Shown here one piece after another: positions 42,331 through 53,557 of a stretch of DNA of 64,000 nucleotides; within the stretch, counting starts at the first letter, position 1; every line of letters begins with the position of its first letter. A program made the position numbers and the translations under genes. The stretch covers positions 1,536,001 to 1,600,000 of the forward strand of contig OZ242274.1 of the NCBI GenBank assembly GCA_965207375.1, given 5' to 3'. The notes beneath the pieces were generated by a model. That model saw only the letters and a list, made by a program, of their open reading frames with translations, made no database searches and was not told the origin of the DNA. The stretch comes from Nitrosopumilaceae archaeon (GTDB taxonomy: Archaea; Thermoproteota; Nitrososphaeria; Nitrososphaerales; Nitrosopumilaceae).

Positions 42331-43479
42331 CTATGCTAGGCCCAAATCTCCAAACGTCTTTAATGCAATGCCGTTAGAGTTTGTCAGTTTTGCAATCCTG
42401 TGCCCGACAATGAACTCGACTCCTGCATTTTTTGCACCTTCCAGCAATCTTTGTGTTATGATGCCGTCTAGAATCAAATACTTTATGCCAGACTGTGTAG
42501 ACAATTTACTAACAATTTCACTAATTGCAACTCTGAATATCTCTTTTTCTTCGCCGTCTAAAGCAACTGCCTCAAGTGTTTCATTCAGATCAGGATGAAT
42601 CTTGGCAGCAAGTGCTGCAATTAACTTGTCTTCCTCACTTGATATGCTCGGACTAGAAACACTTGAACCACCGTTTAATTCTTCGGCTACTGGTCTGAGA
42701 ATTTCGTCAACTCTTTGTGGAGTGAGCTCTTCTACTTCGACACCTGTATCTGCACGAAGTTCTATGTCTATACGAACTACTGATTTTAACTCTTTTAGAA
42801 TAAATCCGCCTGCCCTGTCGCCATCCAAAAATGCAACTATTGTTTCCTTCTTTTCACAGATTTCACAAATAGATTCATCAATGGTTGCACCATTGATTGC
42901 CAAAGCATTGTCATATCCTGCTCTGAGTAAATTGATAATGTCTGCGCGACCTTCTACCAAAATTATCCATGGTGAATCATAGATACCCTTACTGCATGGT
43001 AGTTTGGATGGACCATAAGATTCTACTTTGTTGTTTTCACCTTCGTGGACATCTTTTAGCATTGTTTCTCCCTCACTGACCGTTTTTGTGGCCCAGCGTT
43101 GTTTGATTTCTTTGGCACGCTTTACAATGTCGTCCTTTTTGGCTGCCCTTACATCATCAATTGCATCTAATTGAAAATGACAGTCAAAGGGACCTACCTT
43201 GTCAATACTTTCAATTGCGGCTGCAATTAGTGCACAGGTATCAATGTCTGTACTCATTGGAATTAAAGCATCACCCTTTGTTGTGTTTGAGGTATTAGTA
43301 GTGTTGACTTCTATGCGACCAATTTTTGAAACACGTTGGAGCTCATTTAGATTCATTTCTGGACCCAACAGACCCTCTGTCTGCCCAAAAATTGCACCTA
43401 TTATATCTGCTCGTTCAACAAGTCCATCAACTTCATAGGAAAGTTTAACGTGATATTTGACAATTCCTGATTGAGGCAT
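42331..43479 (-). CDS. dnaG: Archaeal DnaG-type primase / exosome-associated protein
   Basis: GAIFGQTEGLLG, VEGRAD, FLDGDRAG TOPRIM motifs. Confidence 0.95.
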   Translation of the reverse strand: MPQSGIVKYHVKLSYEVDGLVERADIIGAIFGQTEGLLGPEMNLNELQRVSKIGRIEVNTTNTSNTTKGDALIPMSTDIDTCALIAAAIESIDKVGPFDCHFQLDAIDDVRAAKKDDIVKRAKEIKQRWATKTVSEGETMLKDVHEGENNKVESYGPSKLPCSKGIYDSPWIILVEGRADIINLLRAGYDNALAINGATIDESICEICEKKETIVAFLDGDRAGGFILKELKSVVRIDIELRADTGVEVEELTPQRVDEILRPVAEELNGGSSVSSPSISSEEDKLIAALAAKIHPDLNETLEAVALDGEEKEIFRVAISEIVSKLSTQSGIKYLILDGIITQRLLEGAKNAGVEFIVGHRIAKLTNSNGIALKTFGDLGLA

Positions 43480-43612
43480 ACATTTTTCATCTCCTTAATT
43501 ATCATATATTGTGTCTAATATTTGGTTATATGTGCTTATCGAATCTTTTAGATTTTGGAAAAATTTACCCCGTTTAGATTGAAAAATCGCCTGAAAAATG
43601 GAAAATAGTTGC

Positions 43613-43963
43613 TTATTCTGTACTAAATGAGCTGCCACATGAGCAGGATTTTGTAACATTTGGATTGTTGATTTTGAATCCAGATCCCATTAGGCTTTCG
43701 ACATAATCGACGTTGGCGCCTTTTAAATGGTCAACACTGTAGCTGTCAATAAGCAATTTGACTCCTGTTTCCTCAAAGACTAGATCATCCTCTTCTGCTT
43801 TTGTCTCAAAGCCCATTCCGTATGAAAGGCCTGAGCATCCGCCGCCTTGGACATAGACTCTTAAGAATTGTGGTTTTTCCTTTTCTTCGGTCATGAATTC
43901 TTTGATCTTTTCTGCAGCCTTTGGAGTAACAGTAACTATTTTTTGTGTCTGTTCTGTTGCCAT
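43613..43963 (-). CDS. Fe-S cluster A-type carrier (IscA/ErpA/SufA family)
   Basis: GGGCSG and CSCGSSF motifs. Confidence 0.93.
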   Translation of the reverse strand: MATEQTQKIVTVTPKAAEKIKEFMTEEKEKPQFLRVYVQGGGCSGLSYGMGFETKAEEDDLVFEETGVKLLIDSYSVDHLKGANVDYVESLMGSGFKINNPNVTKSCSCGSSFSTE

Positions 43964-44014
43964 GATGCTTTTAATCTTAAATTTTCTTATAATAAGCTTT
44001 TCACTAAAATTTTA

Positions 44015-44104
44015 GCACATACTCATGTCGCCCCTGATTCTATGCCTAGTTTTTGAGCATAGATGAAAATTTTGTGCCTGAAAAATTTACGACCAGAGTT
44101 GTGC
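44015..44104 (+). repeat. MITE-like repeat
   Basis: GCACATACTCATGTCG...CGACCAGAGTTGTGC; interior matches the copies at 20204 and 62372. Confidence 0.8.
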
Positions 44105-44314
44105 CAAGAATCAACTGTCAACACTAATATTACAAAATGTCATAAAGTAATTGTGACAATTATAAAAAACATCATGGTTCAAACCCATTTAATATCACAG
44201 AAGGTTGGGAATTCATATGGGTTCCATAATTTTTCATGATGAATAAACTGAAAATTTTGTATCGGTTAACGTTGTTTTGAATTTATAATAATTTTAGGCA
44301 CGAAATTACTTTGC

Positions 44315-44422
44315 GTACAAACTCAGGTCGCCACCAACTTTATGCTTAATTTTTGAATCTACTTGAAAATTTTATGCTACTGAAAATTTTATGCCTGAAA
44401 AATCTATGACCTGAGTGTGTAC
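44315..44422 (+). repeat. MITE-like repeat
   Basis: GTACAAACTCAGGTCG...TGACCTGAGTGTGTAC with internal duplication of TGAAAATTTTATGC. Confidence 0.85.
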
Positions 44423-44481
44423 TTTGTCAAAAGATAGAATAAAAATTCAAGCGTGACATTAACACTTGCAAAATTTTTGTA

Positions 44482-44664
44482 TTGGTGGTTCTGATAATTA
44501 TTATTTTGATTGCAGATAGACCCATAACGCGCCTGACTAATGAATTGGTAACCTCTAAAACCTTTGAGATTGGATTGATTGTGATGATTTTGGACGTAAT
44601 GTTGATTTTAACTGTGGGTGGTTTGTCCTTTTATGTAGTCAAAAGAATTTGGAATGCACAATAG
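44482..44664 (+). CDS. Small hydrophobic protein or gene fragment between two MITE copies
   Basis: 60-aa two-helix ORF; its stop codon overlaps the first base of the next MITE. Confidence 0.35.
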   Translation: MVVLIIIILIADRPITRLTNELVTSKTFEIGLIVMILDVMLILTVGGLSFYVVKRIWNAQ

Positions 44665-44754
44665 TACAAACTCTGGTCGTAAATTTTTCAGACATTAATT
44701 TTTCATGTATGTTCAAAAACTAGACATAAAATCAGAGTCGACCTGAGTACGTAC
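44664..44754 (-). repeat. MITE-like repeat, inverted orientation
   Basis: GTACAAACTCTGGTCG...CGACCTGAGTACGTAC. Confidence 0.85.
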
Positions 44755-44794
44755 ATAAGTTCACCTATTAAAAATAAGGAAAAATAAAAGAGGT

Positions 44795-45556
44795 CTATTT
44801 TTTAGACCTGTTGACAAATTCGGTCATTCGCTCTTGACGGTCAGGATGTGTAAAGCAATTTCGCCATGCAAGAAGTTCAACACCTAGACCAGTATCAAGA
44901 TCTGCGTTTCTTCCTATGTTAATTGCAGCCTTGGACATTTGAACTCCCATTGTAGAGTTTTTTGCAATCTCGGCTGCCATCTTTGTTGCCTCGTCCATAA
45001 GTGATGCAAGCGGAACTATGTGATTTACTAGGCCGATTTGTTTTGCCTCCTCTGCCTTGATTATGTTGCCTCTATACACAAGCTCCTTTGCTTTGGCAAT
45101 ACCTACGATTCTCATCAATCTTTGTGTGCCGCCCCATCCTGGGGGGATACCAATTGTTACTTCTGGCTGACCTAATCTTGCAGTATCTGCTGCAATTCTA
45201 ATATCACATGACATTGCAAGCTCACATCCTCCACCTAGGGCAAATCCGTTAATTGCTGCAATGGTTGGTTGCTTTACGCGCTCTACAGTTGCAGTTACTA
45301 GCTGTCCTAATTTTGCATATTGGACGGACTCATCAGGGGAAATAGTTGACATGTATGCAATATCTGCACCTGCTGAAAACGCCTTTTCACCTTCTCCGGT
45401 AAGTATTATGACCTTGACATCGTCGTCATGTCCTACCTCTTCAAAGGTTGTGACCAACTCTTGTGCAACATCTGTGTTCATTGCATTGAGCTTGTCGGGA
45501 CGATTGATTTTAATCGTACAAATCCCGTCAGATTTTGATGTCGTAACTAGTGACAT
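44795..45556 (-). CDS. Crotonase-family enzyme, probable 3-hydroxypropionyl-CoA dehydratase/crotonyl-CoA hydratase (3HP/4HB cycle)
   Basis: [24 protein letters not shown]; adjacent to the ADP-forming 3-HP-CoA ligase as in Nitrosopumilus. Confidence 0.88.
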   Translation of the reverse strand: MSLVTTSKSDGICTIKINRPDKLNAMNTDVAQELVTTFEEVGHDDDVKVIILTGEGEKAFSAGADIAYMSTISPDESVQYAKLGQLVTATVERVKQPTIAAINGFALGGGCELAMSCDIRIAADTARLGQPEVTIGIPPGWGGTQRLMRIVGIAKAKELVYRGNIIKAEEAKQIGLVNHIVPLASLMDEATKMAAEIAKNSTMGVQMSKAAINIGRNADLDTGLGVELLAWRNCFTHPDRQERMTEFVNRSKK

Positions 45557-45759
45557 GTCTGAAAACCAACACATACTTGACTTAAATGTTGTCTATTTTT
45601 TGTACAATTATACTGTTGAAAAATAGGTCCGCCTAGGGATCAAGAGGACGATTGCTGATTGTTTCAAGTTGTATATATCAACAAAACTCACGACAAAAAA
45701 AGACTGACAGAGAAATCCAGACAATGTATAATTGTATAGTGCAAAATTATCTACATACG

Positions 45760-47883
45760 TCACAGTTTATTTTTTGCGTACTTGCCCCATTGAGACAATG
45801 CTGCTGCTGCTGCCACCCATGTTCTAAGATCCTGATATACTGGCACTTTGTGTTTCTCAACAAGCCTTATCATTTTTTCAGTATATGGGCCGCCGTTGCC
45901 TCCTGCTAGAATCGGCTTTTTTCGTTTACTTTGAAAGTCTGCTAAATACTTTACAATTGTCTCCTCTAAAGGATCATCTTGAAAAACAAACCACGGCATT
46001 GCAATATCAATATTTTTTTCATCCATAAACTGCTGAATGACAAATCTGTAATCATCTGCAGTTGCACCGCCGCCTACATCTGCGGGATTTCCATTATGAA
46101 TTGGGACCGCAGGCGGAAATCTATCCTTTATCTTTTTGAGAATGCTTGGAGATATTTTTCCAATAGTTAATCCCAATCGTTCTAGCTGATCAATGCCGCC
46201 AATCATTGGTCCTGCACCATTACTAGTCATTGCTACTTTGTTTCCCTTTGCTGGAGGCTGCCATGCTAGTGCCTTTAAGACTCCTACTAGTTCCTGATAA
46301 CTATCTACTGAAATAATTCCTGCCTGTTTGAATGCACCCATTACAATTGCATTAGAGCCTCCAAGAGATCCTGTATGTGATGCTGCCTGTTTTGCACCTG
46401 CAGCAGTTCTTCCGCTCTTCCAAATTACAATGGGCTTGTTTTTTTCTTTCATAACTCGTTTTGCAACATTGATGAATTTTCTACCATCTCCAAAGCCTTC
46501 AACATATAGTCCTATAACCTTGGTTTGAGGATCGTTTGCAGCATACCATATCATGTCTGCCTCATCTACATCAGAACGATTGCCAAAACTAATCATCTTA
46601 GAGAGACCAAACGTATCTGCACTTTCTAGCATGCTGATTCCCATGGTTCCACTCTGTGAGAAAAATGCCACAGGGCCTAGCTGTGAGCGTATCATTCTTT
46701 GCTGTCCCTGGAATGCACAATCAAGGCGGTTTGCAGCATTAAACATTCCAATACAGTTTGGGCCGATAATTCTTATCTTGTGTTTTTTAGAGAGTCTTGC
46801 CACCTCTGCTTCATATTCTGCCCTTTTGCCACCTAGCTCCTTTCCTCCTCCAGAAACTATAACGACACTGTGTACTCTTTTTTTTGCACAGTCTTCTAAG
46901 ACAGGCGGCGTAACTGACAGGTCAACTGAAACTACAACTAGGTCCACGTTTCCCGGAATTGCAGAAACTGAAGGATAACACTTTTGACCAAAAATTTTGT
47001 CTGCCTTTGGATTAATGGGGTACACCTTACCTTTGAAATCATAATTTACCAAACTATCCAAGATAGAGTTTCCAATTTTTCCCAGAGTAGATGAGGCACC
47101 TACTAGTGCAACTGACTTTGGAGTGAAAAAGGTCTCCATATTTTCCTTGTTGGGTTTTGCCTTTGAAATTGAATTCTTTTTTAACTCGTGATTTAGGATA
47201 ATTTTTGCATCTACTACAAAGTGTGACTTTGAATAAACAACTATAGGGTTAAAGTCAATACTATTGATATAATCTGCATTTTCTATACCTAATTTTCCAA
47301 TCTGAACTAACATTTTTGCCACACGGCTAGTATCAATTACGTCGCCTCCCCTGAACCCTTTGAAAAGTTTTGAGCCCTTTAACTCATTTAGCATTGATTT
47401 TGCATCAGATGTTGTAATGGGTAGCATTCTAAATGCAACATCTTTCATCACCTCAGTCATGATTCCTCCTAAACCTACCATGATGACTGGACCAAACTGG
47501 GAATCATTTTGTATGCCTACAATCAACTCTACTCCTTTTGGAACCATCTTTTCTAAAAGAACACCCTTTATGGTAACTCCTTTTTTCTTTGAAAGGCGCC
47601 CATACATGTCATCAAATGTTTTTTTAACCTCACCTGTACTGTTGATTCCGACCTTGACTCCGCCGACATCTGTCTTGTGTAAAATTTGTGGAGATACTAT
47701 TTTCATTACCAGTGGAAAGCCAATCTTTTTTGCCTGTTTTACTGCATCTTGTGCAGATGTAACTAGTGCATAAGGGGGCACCTTGACACCATAGGATTTT
47801 AGAATGGATTTTGATGACTCTTCGGTAATAACTTTGTGTTTCGTTTGGATAATTTCTTCAAAAATTTTCTTAACTGTAGACAT
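45760..47883 (-). CDS. ADP-forming acyl-CoA synthetase, probable 3-hydroxypropionate--CoA ligase
   Basis: N-terminal ATP-grasp (HKTDVGGV), CoA-binding domain, GPNCIG, SQSG, SHTGSL. Confidence 0.88.
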   Translation of the reverse strand: MSTVKKIFEEIIQTKHKVITEESSKSILKSYGVKVPPYALVTSAQDAVKQAKKIGFPLVMKIVSPQILHKTDVGGVKVGINSTGEVKKTFDDMYGRLSKKKGVTIKGVLLEKMVPKGVELIVGIQNDSQFGPVIMVGLGGIMTEVMKDVAFRMLPITTSDAKSMLNELKGSKLFKGFRGGDVIDTSRVAKMLVQIGKLGIENADYINSIDFNPIVVYSKSHFVVDAKIILNHELKKNSISKAKPNKENMETFFTPKSVALVGASSTLGKIGNSILDSLVNYDFKGKVYPINPKADKIFGQKCYPSVSAIPGNVDLVVVSVDLSVTPPVLEDCAKKRVHSVVIVSGGGKELGGKRAEYEAEVARLSKKHKIRIIGPNCIGMFNAANRLDCAFQGQQRMIRSQLGPVAFFSQSGTMGISMLESADTFGLSKMISFGNRSDVDEADMIWYAANDPQTKVIGLYVEGFGDGRKFINVAKRVMKEKNKPIVIWKSGRTAAGAKQAASHTGSLGGSNAIVMGAFKQAGIISVDSYQELVGVLKALAWQPPAKGNKVAMTSNGAGPMIGGIDQLERLGLTIGKISPSILKKIKDRFPPAVPIHNGNPADVGGGATADDYRFVIQQFMDEKNIDIAMPWFVFQDDPLEETIVKYLADFQSKRKKPILAGGNGGPYTEKMIRLVEKHKVPVYQDLRTWVAAAAALSQWGKYAKNKL

Positions 47884-47925
47884 AATTTGATCGATAAAAT
47901 CAAAACTCAATATATTAAACTTTGG

Positions 47926-48609
47926 TCAGAGACTGAATTCTTTTTTGAAATTTCGATAAAACATGCTCATGTTTGATTCAATTTTAGAAATATTTTCATC
48001 AATTTCTGTGCGAATTTTCTGCGGATCTATGTATGGAATTTTTGATATGCTGTCTTTAGTATTGTCCAACCACAGGTTTATCATATTGCGATTCACCTCA
48101 AAATGAAATTGTACGCCTACTGCACTGCCTATCTGAAATGCCTGATTGGCGTACTGTTTAGAGTATGCTAGTCTGACTGCATCTTGTGGAAGCTCAAATG
48201 TGTCACTATGCCAGTGAAATACCCAAAACGGATTTGTAAAACCTGCAAATAAATTTGAATCTACATCCAATTTTATATCATCATAAAAGCCGATCTCAGT
48301 TTTTGAGCCGCGCAAAACTTTGGCACCAAAAGCTTTGGCAATTAACTGAGAGCCAAGACAGATTCCCAAGACTGGCTTTTTCTGTTTTACGTATTGTTTA
48401 ATCAATGACTGTTCTGCATTTAGATAATCTGAATCATCGTTTGCACTTTGCGGACCTCCAAGAATTACCAGCATGTCGTGTGAATCAGTTGTAATTGGCT
48501 CTTTTTTGGCATAAACTGTATTGATGCTAAAGCCATCTGATTCTAACAGCTTGCCCAAGTTGCCAGAGCCCTCAATTTTGGTGTTTTGTACAATTAAAAC
48601 ACTAGTCAT
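47926..48609 (-). CDS. Type 1 glutamine amidotransferase-like protein
   Basis: LGGP, GICLGSQL, QFHFE. Confidence 0.9.
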   Translation of the reverse strand: MTSVLIVQNTKIEGSGNLGKLLESDGFSINTVYAKKEPITTDSHDMLVILGGPQSANDDSDYLNAEQSLIKQYVKQKKPVLGICLGSQLIAKAFGAKVLRGSKTEIGFYDDIKLDVDSNLFAGFTNPFWVFHWHSDTFELPQDAVRLAYSKQYANQAFQIGSAVGVQFHFEVNRNMINLWLDNTKDSISKIPYIDPQKIRTEIDENISKIESNMSMFYRNFKKEFSL

Positions 48610-48639
48610 GTGTATAATAATAAAAACGCCTTTTAATAT

Positions 48640-49026
48640 TTGAACTTGATATATTCATTCATGAAGGTCACCGAATCTGAAATCTCTGATTTGAAAAAAT
48701 TCATAAGTGATCTAAATGCGGATAATGGCACAATAGCTGTTGAGGGAAAACGTGATACTCGGGCATTAAAAAACATTGGAATACGAAACAAAATCGTAGA
48801 GTTTCACAAGTATTGCGGAATAAATAATTTTGCAGATGCAGTTGCAAGCTATGACAAAATTATCATATTATTTGATGGGGACAAGAAAGGAAGATATCTT
48901 ACCGTAAAGGCCATAGAAAAACTGCAACGACGCACCAGAGTTGATCTGTCCTTTAAGAGGCGACTTGTTTTGGCAACTAGAGGAAGGATTAGATTTGTTG
49001 AACAGTTGACCTGTTATGAGATATAA
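48640..49026 (+). CDS. Small TOPRIM-domain protein
   Basis: VEGKRD and LFDGDKKG motifs. Confidence 0.85.
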   Translation: MNLIYSFMKVTESEISDLKKFISDLNADNGTIAVEGKRDTRALKNIGIRNKIVEFHKYCGINNFADAVASYDKIIILFDGDKKGRYLTVKAIEKLQRRTRVDLSFKRRLVLATRGRIRFVEQLTCYEI

Positions 49027-49032
49027 AAAAAA

Positions 49033-50331
49033 TTATGGCCAGAGGCCTCTGTGATTGAATGCCTCAACTACTCTTTGTACTGCAAGTACCATTGCGGCCT
49101 TTCTCATATCTATTTTGTGCTTTTTTGATAATGCAAGTGTATCATTGAATCCTGTGGTGATGTTTTTTTCCATTTTTTGTGCCACCTCATCAAAGCTCCA
49201 ATAGTATCCCTGATTGTTTTGTACCCATTCTAAATAGGAGATACAAACACCGCCTGAATTTGCAAGAATATCAGGTATTACAACAATCTTGTTTTTGTAA
49301 ATAATTGGGTCTGCCTCAGGTAATGTTGGACCGTTAGCTGCCTCGCCAATGATTTTACATTTTAGATTCTTTGCAATCTTTGCATTGATTTGATTTTCTA
49401 GTGCACCCGGAATTAGTACATCACATTTGGTAGTCAATAGTTGTTCTGTTGTAACTTTTTTGCTTCCTGCAAAACCTACAACTGAGCCTTTCTTTTGTTT
49501 GTGTTCAAGTAATTTGCTCACCTTGAACCCTTTTGGTACAATGATTGAGCCTTTTGAATCGCTTGCTCCTATACATTTTGCTCCCATCTTTTCAAGATAT
49601 TCTCCTGCAAAGGTGGATGCGTTACCAAATCCTTGAAGTACAACTGTGGCGCCTTTGAGTTTTAACTTTATTGCTTTTGCTGCCTCTCTAACACAATATG
49701 CAGTACCTAGACCGGTTGCTACATTTCTTGCAAGAGAGCCTCCCATTGGAATTGGCTTGCCGGTAATAACACCTGGCTGGTGCGTATTACCATTTAACTT
49801 TCCAAAGGTATCCATGATCTGAGTCATTTCTCGTCCTGTTGTGTAAACATCAGGAGCAGGCACATCTTTTTGTGGACCTATGATTTCAGAGATCATAAAT
49901 GCAAATCTTCTAGTCAATCTTTCCATCTCTGCGTCACTTAGTTTTTCCTTCTTTGGATTAACAAAAACAGCTCCCTTTCCACCGCCAAGTGGAACATCGA
50001 CAACTGCACACTTCCAAGTCATCCATGAAGAAAGGGCCATTACCTCCTTTTCCATGTACTCTACGCCGCCTTCAGGATCAAAGAATCTAATTCCTCCTTT
50101 GTATGGGCCACGGTCATTGTTGTGTTGACTGCGAAATCCAGTAAACACGCGAATTTTTCCGTTATCCATTTTTACAGGAATTTTTACACGTAGGACCTTG
50201 TTTGGCATGGCAAGATATTCTCTCATGCCCTTGTCCTTGATTCCTAAAACATCACATGCGTCATTAACTTGTTTGGTTGCATTAGCAAATGGATCTGCTT
50301 TTACCAAGATAATCGATATTTTTGCCGCCAA
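49033..50331 (-). CDS. gdhA: Glu/Leu/Phe/Val dehydrogenase (glutamate dehydrogenase); true start may be slightly downstream
   Basis: GPYKGGIR, GGGKG, PAPDV, QGFGN, EAANGP, SYLEWVQN. Confidence 0.95.
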   Translation of the reverse strand: MAAKISIILVKADPFANATKQVNDACDVLGIKDKGMREYLAMPNKVLRVKIPVKMDNGKIRVFTGFRSQHNNDRGPYKGGIRFFDPEGGVEYMEKEVMALSSWMTWKCAVVDVPLGGGKGAVFVNPKKEKLSDAEMERLTRRFAFMISEIIGPQKDVPAPDVYTTGREMTQIMDTFGKLNGNTHQPGVITGKPIPMGGSLARNVATGLGTAYCVREAAKAIKLKLKGATVVLQGFGNASTFAGEYLEKMGAKCIGASDSKGSIIVPKGFKVSKLLEHKQKKGSVVGFAGSKKVTTEQLLTTKCDVLIPGALENQINAKIAKNLKCKIIGEAANGPTLPEADPIIYKNKIVVIPDILANSGGVCISYLEWVQNNQGYYWSFDEVAQKMEKNITTGFNDTLALSKKHKIDMRKAAMVLAVQRVVEAFNHRGLWP

Positions 50332-50415
50332 ATTCTATTTAAATCTGATCCCAGACAAATATTGTAAAACAATACTGCTAACTGCCATATCAAATACACA
50401 TTTATTTTCAAAATT

Positions 50416-53400
50416 GTGAATTTGTATGTGGATACATCTCTTGTGCCGGTATCATGGAGGGCATTTTTGGCACTTGAATCACACCGACTAGAACACGCAT
50501 TTGATTTAGATCCCCTATTATCTATGAGCATATCAAAGGTAGATTCGCTACCGCATCAGGTAGAGGCAGTTTATGAGCATGTACTAAAGAAACCCCGTAT
50601 TCGGTACATGCTAGCACACGACCCTGGGGCAGGAAAAACAATCATGGCAGGACTAGTTCTCAAGGATCTAAGAATGCGTAAATTAGTGAATCGCGTCCTT
50701 GTTGTGGTTCCGGGACAGCTTCGTGAGCAATGGAAGTGGGAACTAAAGTCCCGCTTTGATCAGGACTTTGTGATAGTAGATCGAGATGTCTTTTCTACCA
50801 AGGGTGGCGCAGGAACTTGGGAAGAAAATTTGATTATAACTTCAATTGATTTTGCCAAACGTGATGATGTACTTCAATCTCTAGCAGATGCAAAGTTTGA
50901 TCTTGTTATAGTTGATGAGGCACACAAAATGAGTGCATACTCGTATGGACGAACTACAAGCAAGACTAAAAGATATCGTCTAGGTGAGACGCTTTCAACA
51001 TCTTCAAAACACATGCTGTTTTTGACTGCCACTCCACACAAGGGAGATTCTCAAAACTTTAGGTTACTACTAGACCTCTTAGAACCAGGATTCTTTGCTG
51101 CATCTGGAATGATTGAAGAGTCTGTCAGGGAGGGACACAATCCTGTATTTTTAAGACGCGCCAAGGAGGACATGATTTCATTTGATGGCTCCCCTCTTTT
51201 TGTGCCGCGAACAGTGCATACGCCTGATGTGCGCATGTCTGAGCCTGAACAAATACTCTATGAGGCAATGTCTAACTATGTTACAGAACAATATAATTTA
51301 GCCATTCGTTCTGTTAAGGGACACAATATTACTTTTGCATTAATAATATTGCAACGTAGATTTGCATCAAGCATGTATGCACTGATAAAATCACTAAGGC
51401 GTCGTATGAAGAAACTAGAACAGCTTGAAAGTGCAGCACAGTCTACACCTACAATTGATGAAGGCTATATGGACAAGGTAGACGAAATGTCTGAGAAGGA
51501 TAGATGGGAAGAGGAACAAAAGTGGGAATTAATCAGTGCTGCCCAAAATATAGACGAGCTGCGCTTTGAGATAGATACACTTGCAGACATAATACAAAAG
51601 GCAGAAAAGGTAGTAGGATCAGAGACAAAACTGCGCCAGTTAAAGGAGACCTTGCAGGATTTAGACAGGTCATACCCTAATGAAAAGATACTAGTCTTTA
51701 CTGAATCTTTGGACACCTTGGACTATTTAGTAAATAATATACGTTCTTGGGGGTATACTGTTAACACCATACACGGTTCAATGAACGGCGATGAAAGAAA
51801 GCAAGCAGAAACTGTCTTTCGTGATACTACACGTGTCATGGTTGCCACCGAAGCTGCAGGTGAGGGAATAAACCTGCAATTTTGCCACCTTATGATAAAC
51901 TATGATCTTCCATGGAATCCAAACAGGCTCGAACAAAGAATGGGACGCATACACCGATATGGACAACGATTGCCCGTCTTTATTTTTAATCTTGTAGCAG
52001 CCGATACGCGTGAGGGTGAGATACTAGTTAGATTGTTTGAAAAACTCGATAGCATAAAGGCAATAATGGGAAATGACAAAATATTTGACGTGATAAGTGA
52101 TATCGTTCCAGGCAAGAGTCTTTCTCAGATGATGCTAGATGCCACGGTTCGGTCCAAACAACAAAAGCAGATTTTATCAGAACTAGACGGAATTGTAGGG
52201 GATTCATCGGCGATAAAAAATCAGATGAAGGACAGCTTTACCACAAAGCAGATGAATGTTACTGCGTTGCGTGGCATAGGTGAGCTTATAAATGAAAAAA
52301 GTCTTGCCCCCGAATATTCAAAATATTTGTTTTGCAATATAATTCGGGCTGCAGGAGGACAGGTACAAGATGAAGGACAAACCGCACAGATAACTGTACC
52401 ACCACCCATATCTGGTGGTAAATTTCTAGCCTCATTTGAAAAGGGCGTCCATGACAAGATGCCAGATACTGAATTTATCACCTTTGGCCATCCTGTATTT
52501 GAGGCTGCCTTACAGTGGGCACGCACCAAATTCTCAGCAGACATTATGAACAAAACAACTGTGCGTGATCCTACCGGCAGACTAGATGGTTATTTGGTAT
52601 TTTATACAGGCAATGTACATCATGGTGCAGGCAAATCTATCTCGTCTCACATGGTTGCATGTCTGATAAATCCCAAGACAGATACGATAAAGAGTGTGTC
52701 TCCTTCTGTATTGCTCGATCTTGACTGGAGTGAGGATGTATCTAGTGCTGATAATGTTGATATTGATTATTTGCAAAAGGCAGCATCTCCTTTGGTCGGC
52801 CAAGAATTGAAGTCACATGTAAGTAACATGGCCCAATATGGGCGCATACAAGCTGACATGGCACAAAAATACGGTTTAAAGTCCATGGATTTTTTGTTAG
52901 ATTCCATAGAGGGTGACATTTTAAGATTATTGGATCGAAAGCGTCGGGGCAACAAGGTAGATCTTGCAATATACAACAAAAGAGAGGACAGAAACAAATA
53001 CAGAATGGCACGCAAAAACCTACAGCAGCGCATCGAGTCAGACCTGGATCTAAGAATTGAAGAGATCTCGCTGATAGGGGCAATACATGTGATACCTGTA
53101 CCAAGCAAGACTAGCAGACAGTCTGCACACGATGCAGGCATAGAATTTGAAATGCAGCACGATCGTATGCCTGAAAGTGTTTCTGGTCAAGGATACGGAT
53201 TTGACATGCGTTCTTATACGAACCCGCCTATCTCGTCTGCATCTGCGTCTGGTACGCAAGCAGGATTTGATACACGTTCTTTAGATGACAAGAAAACCAG
53301 ATACATTCTGACGATTCCAGAATCTGATGAATGGATATATCTTACTACTAATGAATGGCTCAGAGCCAAGACTGTGGGTGACCAGTATTATCTGTATGTG

Positions 53401-53520
53401 ATGTGTAGTGACGGCTCAGTTTTAGTCGTAAGAGATCCTGCACATGCGCTAAAATTTGAATACAATAATTCTCGGTATAAAATATCTATAAATGATGTGA
53501 TACGTGCAGATTCCACATAG
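50416..53520 (+). CDS. SNF2/HepA-type helicase with C-terminal DUF3883-like domain
   Basis: LPHQ, HDPGAGKT, DEAH, LTATPH, EGINLQ, EQRMGRIHRYGQ; C-terminal GYGFDMRS...LTTNEW...YYLYV. Confidence 0.9.
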   Translation: MNLYVDTSLVPVSWRAFLALESHRLEHAFDLDPLLSMSISKVDSLPHQVEAVYEHVLKKPRIRYMLAHDPGAGKTIMAGLVLKDLRMRKLVNRVLVVVPGQLREQWKWELKSRFDQDFVIVDRDVFSTKGGAGTWEENLIITSIDFAKRDDVLQSLADAKFDLVIVDEAHKMSAYSYGRTTSKTKRYRLGETLSTSSKHMLFLTATPHKGDSQNFRLLLDLLEPGFFAASGMIEESVREGHNPVFLRRAKEDMISFDGSPLFVPRTVHTPDVRMSEPEQILYEAMSNYVTEQYNLAIRSVKGHNITFALIILQRRFASSMYALIKSLRRRMKKLEQLESAAQSTPTIDEGYMDKVDEMSEKDRWEEEQKWELISAAQNIDELRFEIDTLADIIQKAEKVVGSETKLRQLKETLQDLDRSYPNEKILVFTESLDTLDYLVNNIRSWGYTVNTIHGSMNGDERKQAETVFRDTTRVMVATEAAGEGINLQFCHLMINYDLPWNPNRLEQRMGRIHRYGQRLPVFIFNLVAADTREGEILVRLFEKLDSIKAIMGNDKIFDVISDIVPGKSLSQMMLDATVRSKQQKQILSELDGIVGDSSAIKNQMKDSFTTKQMNVTALRGIGELINEKSLAPEYSKYLFCNIIRAAGGQVQDEGQTAQITVPPPISGGKFLASFEKGVHDKMPDTEFITFGHPVFEAALQWARTKFSADIMNKTTVRDPTGRLDGYLVFYTGNVHHGAGKSISSHMVACLINPKTDTIKSVSPSVLLDLDWSEDVSSADNVDIDYLQKAASPLVGQELKSHVSNMAQYGRIQADMAQKYGLKSMDFLLDSIEGDILRLLDRKRRGNKVDLAIYNKREDRNKYRMARKNLQQRIESDLDLRIEEISLIGAIHVIPVPSKTSRQSAHDAGIEFEMQHDRMPESVSGQGYGFDMRSYTNPPISSASASGTQAGFDTRSLDDKKTRYILTIPESDEWIYLTTNEWLRAKTVGDQYYLYVMCSDGSVLVVRDPAHALKFEYNNSRYKISINDVIRADST

Positions 53521-53557
53521 TAATTTGTGAATATACATTAGATGATACAAAACCACA

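Noticed and set aside
44015-44754. Clustered repeats as a CRISPR-like array
   Set aside because: Units are ~90-110 bp with TIRs, irregular spacing and mixed orientation, which fits MITEs.
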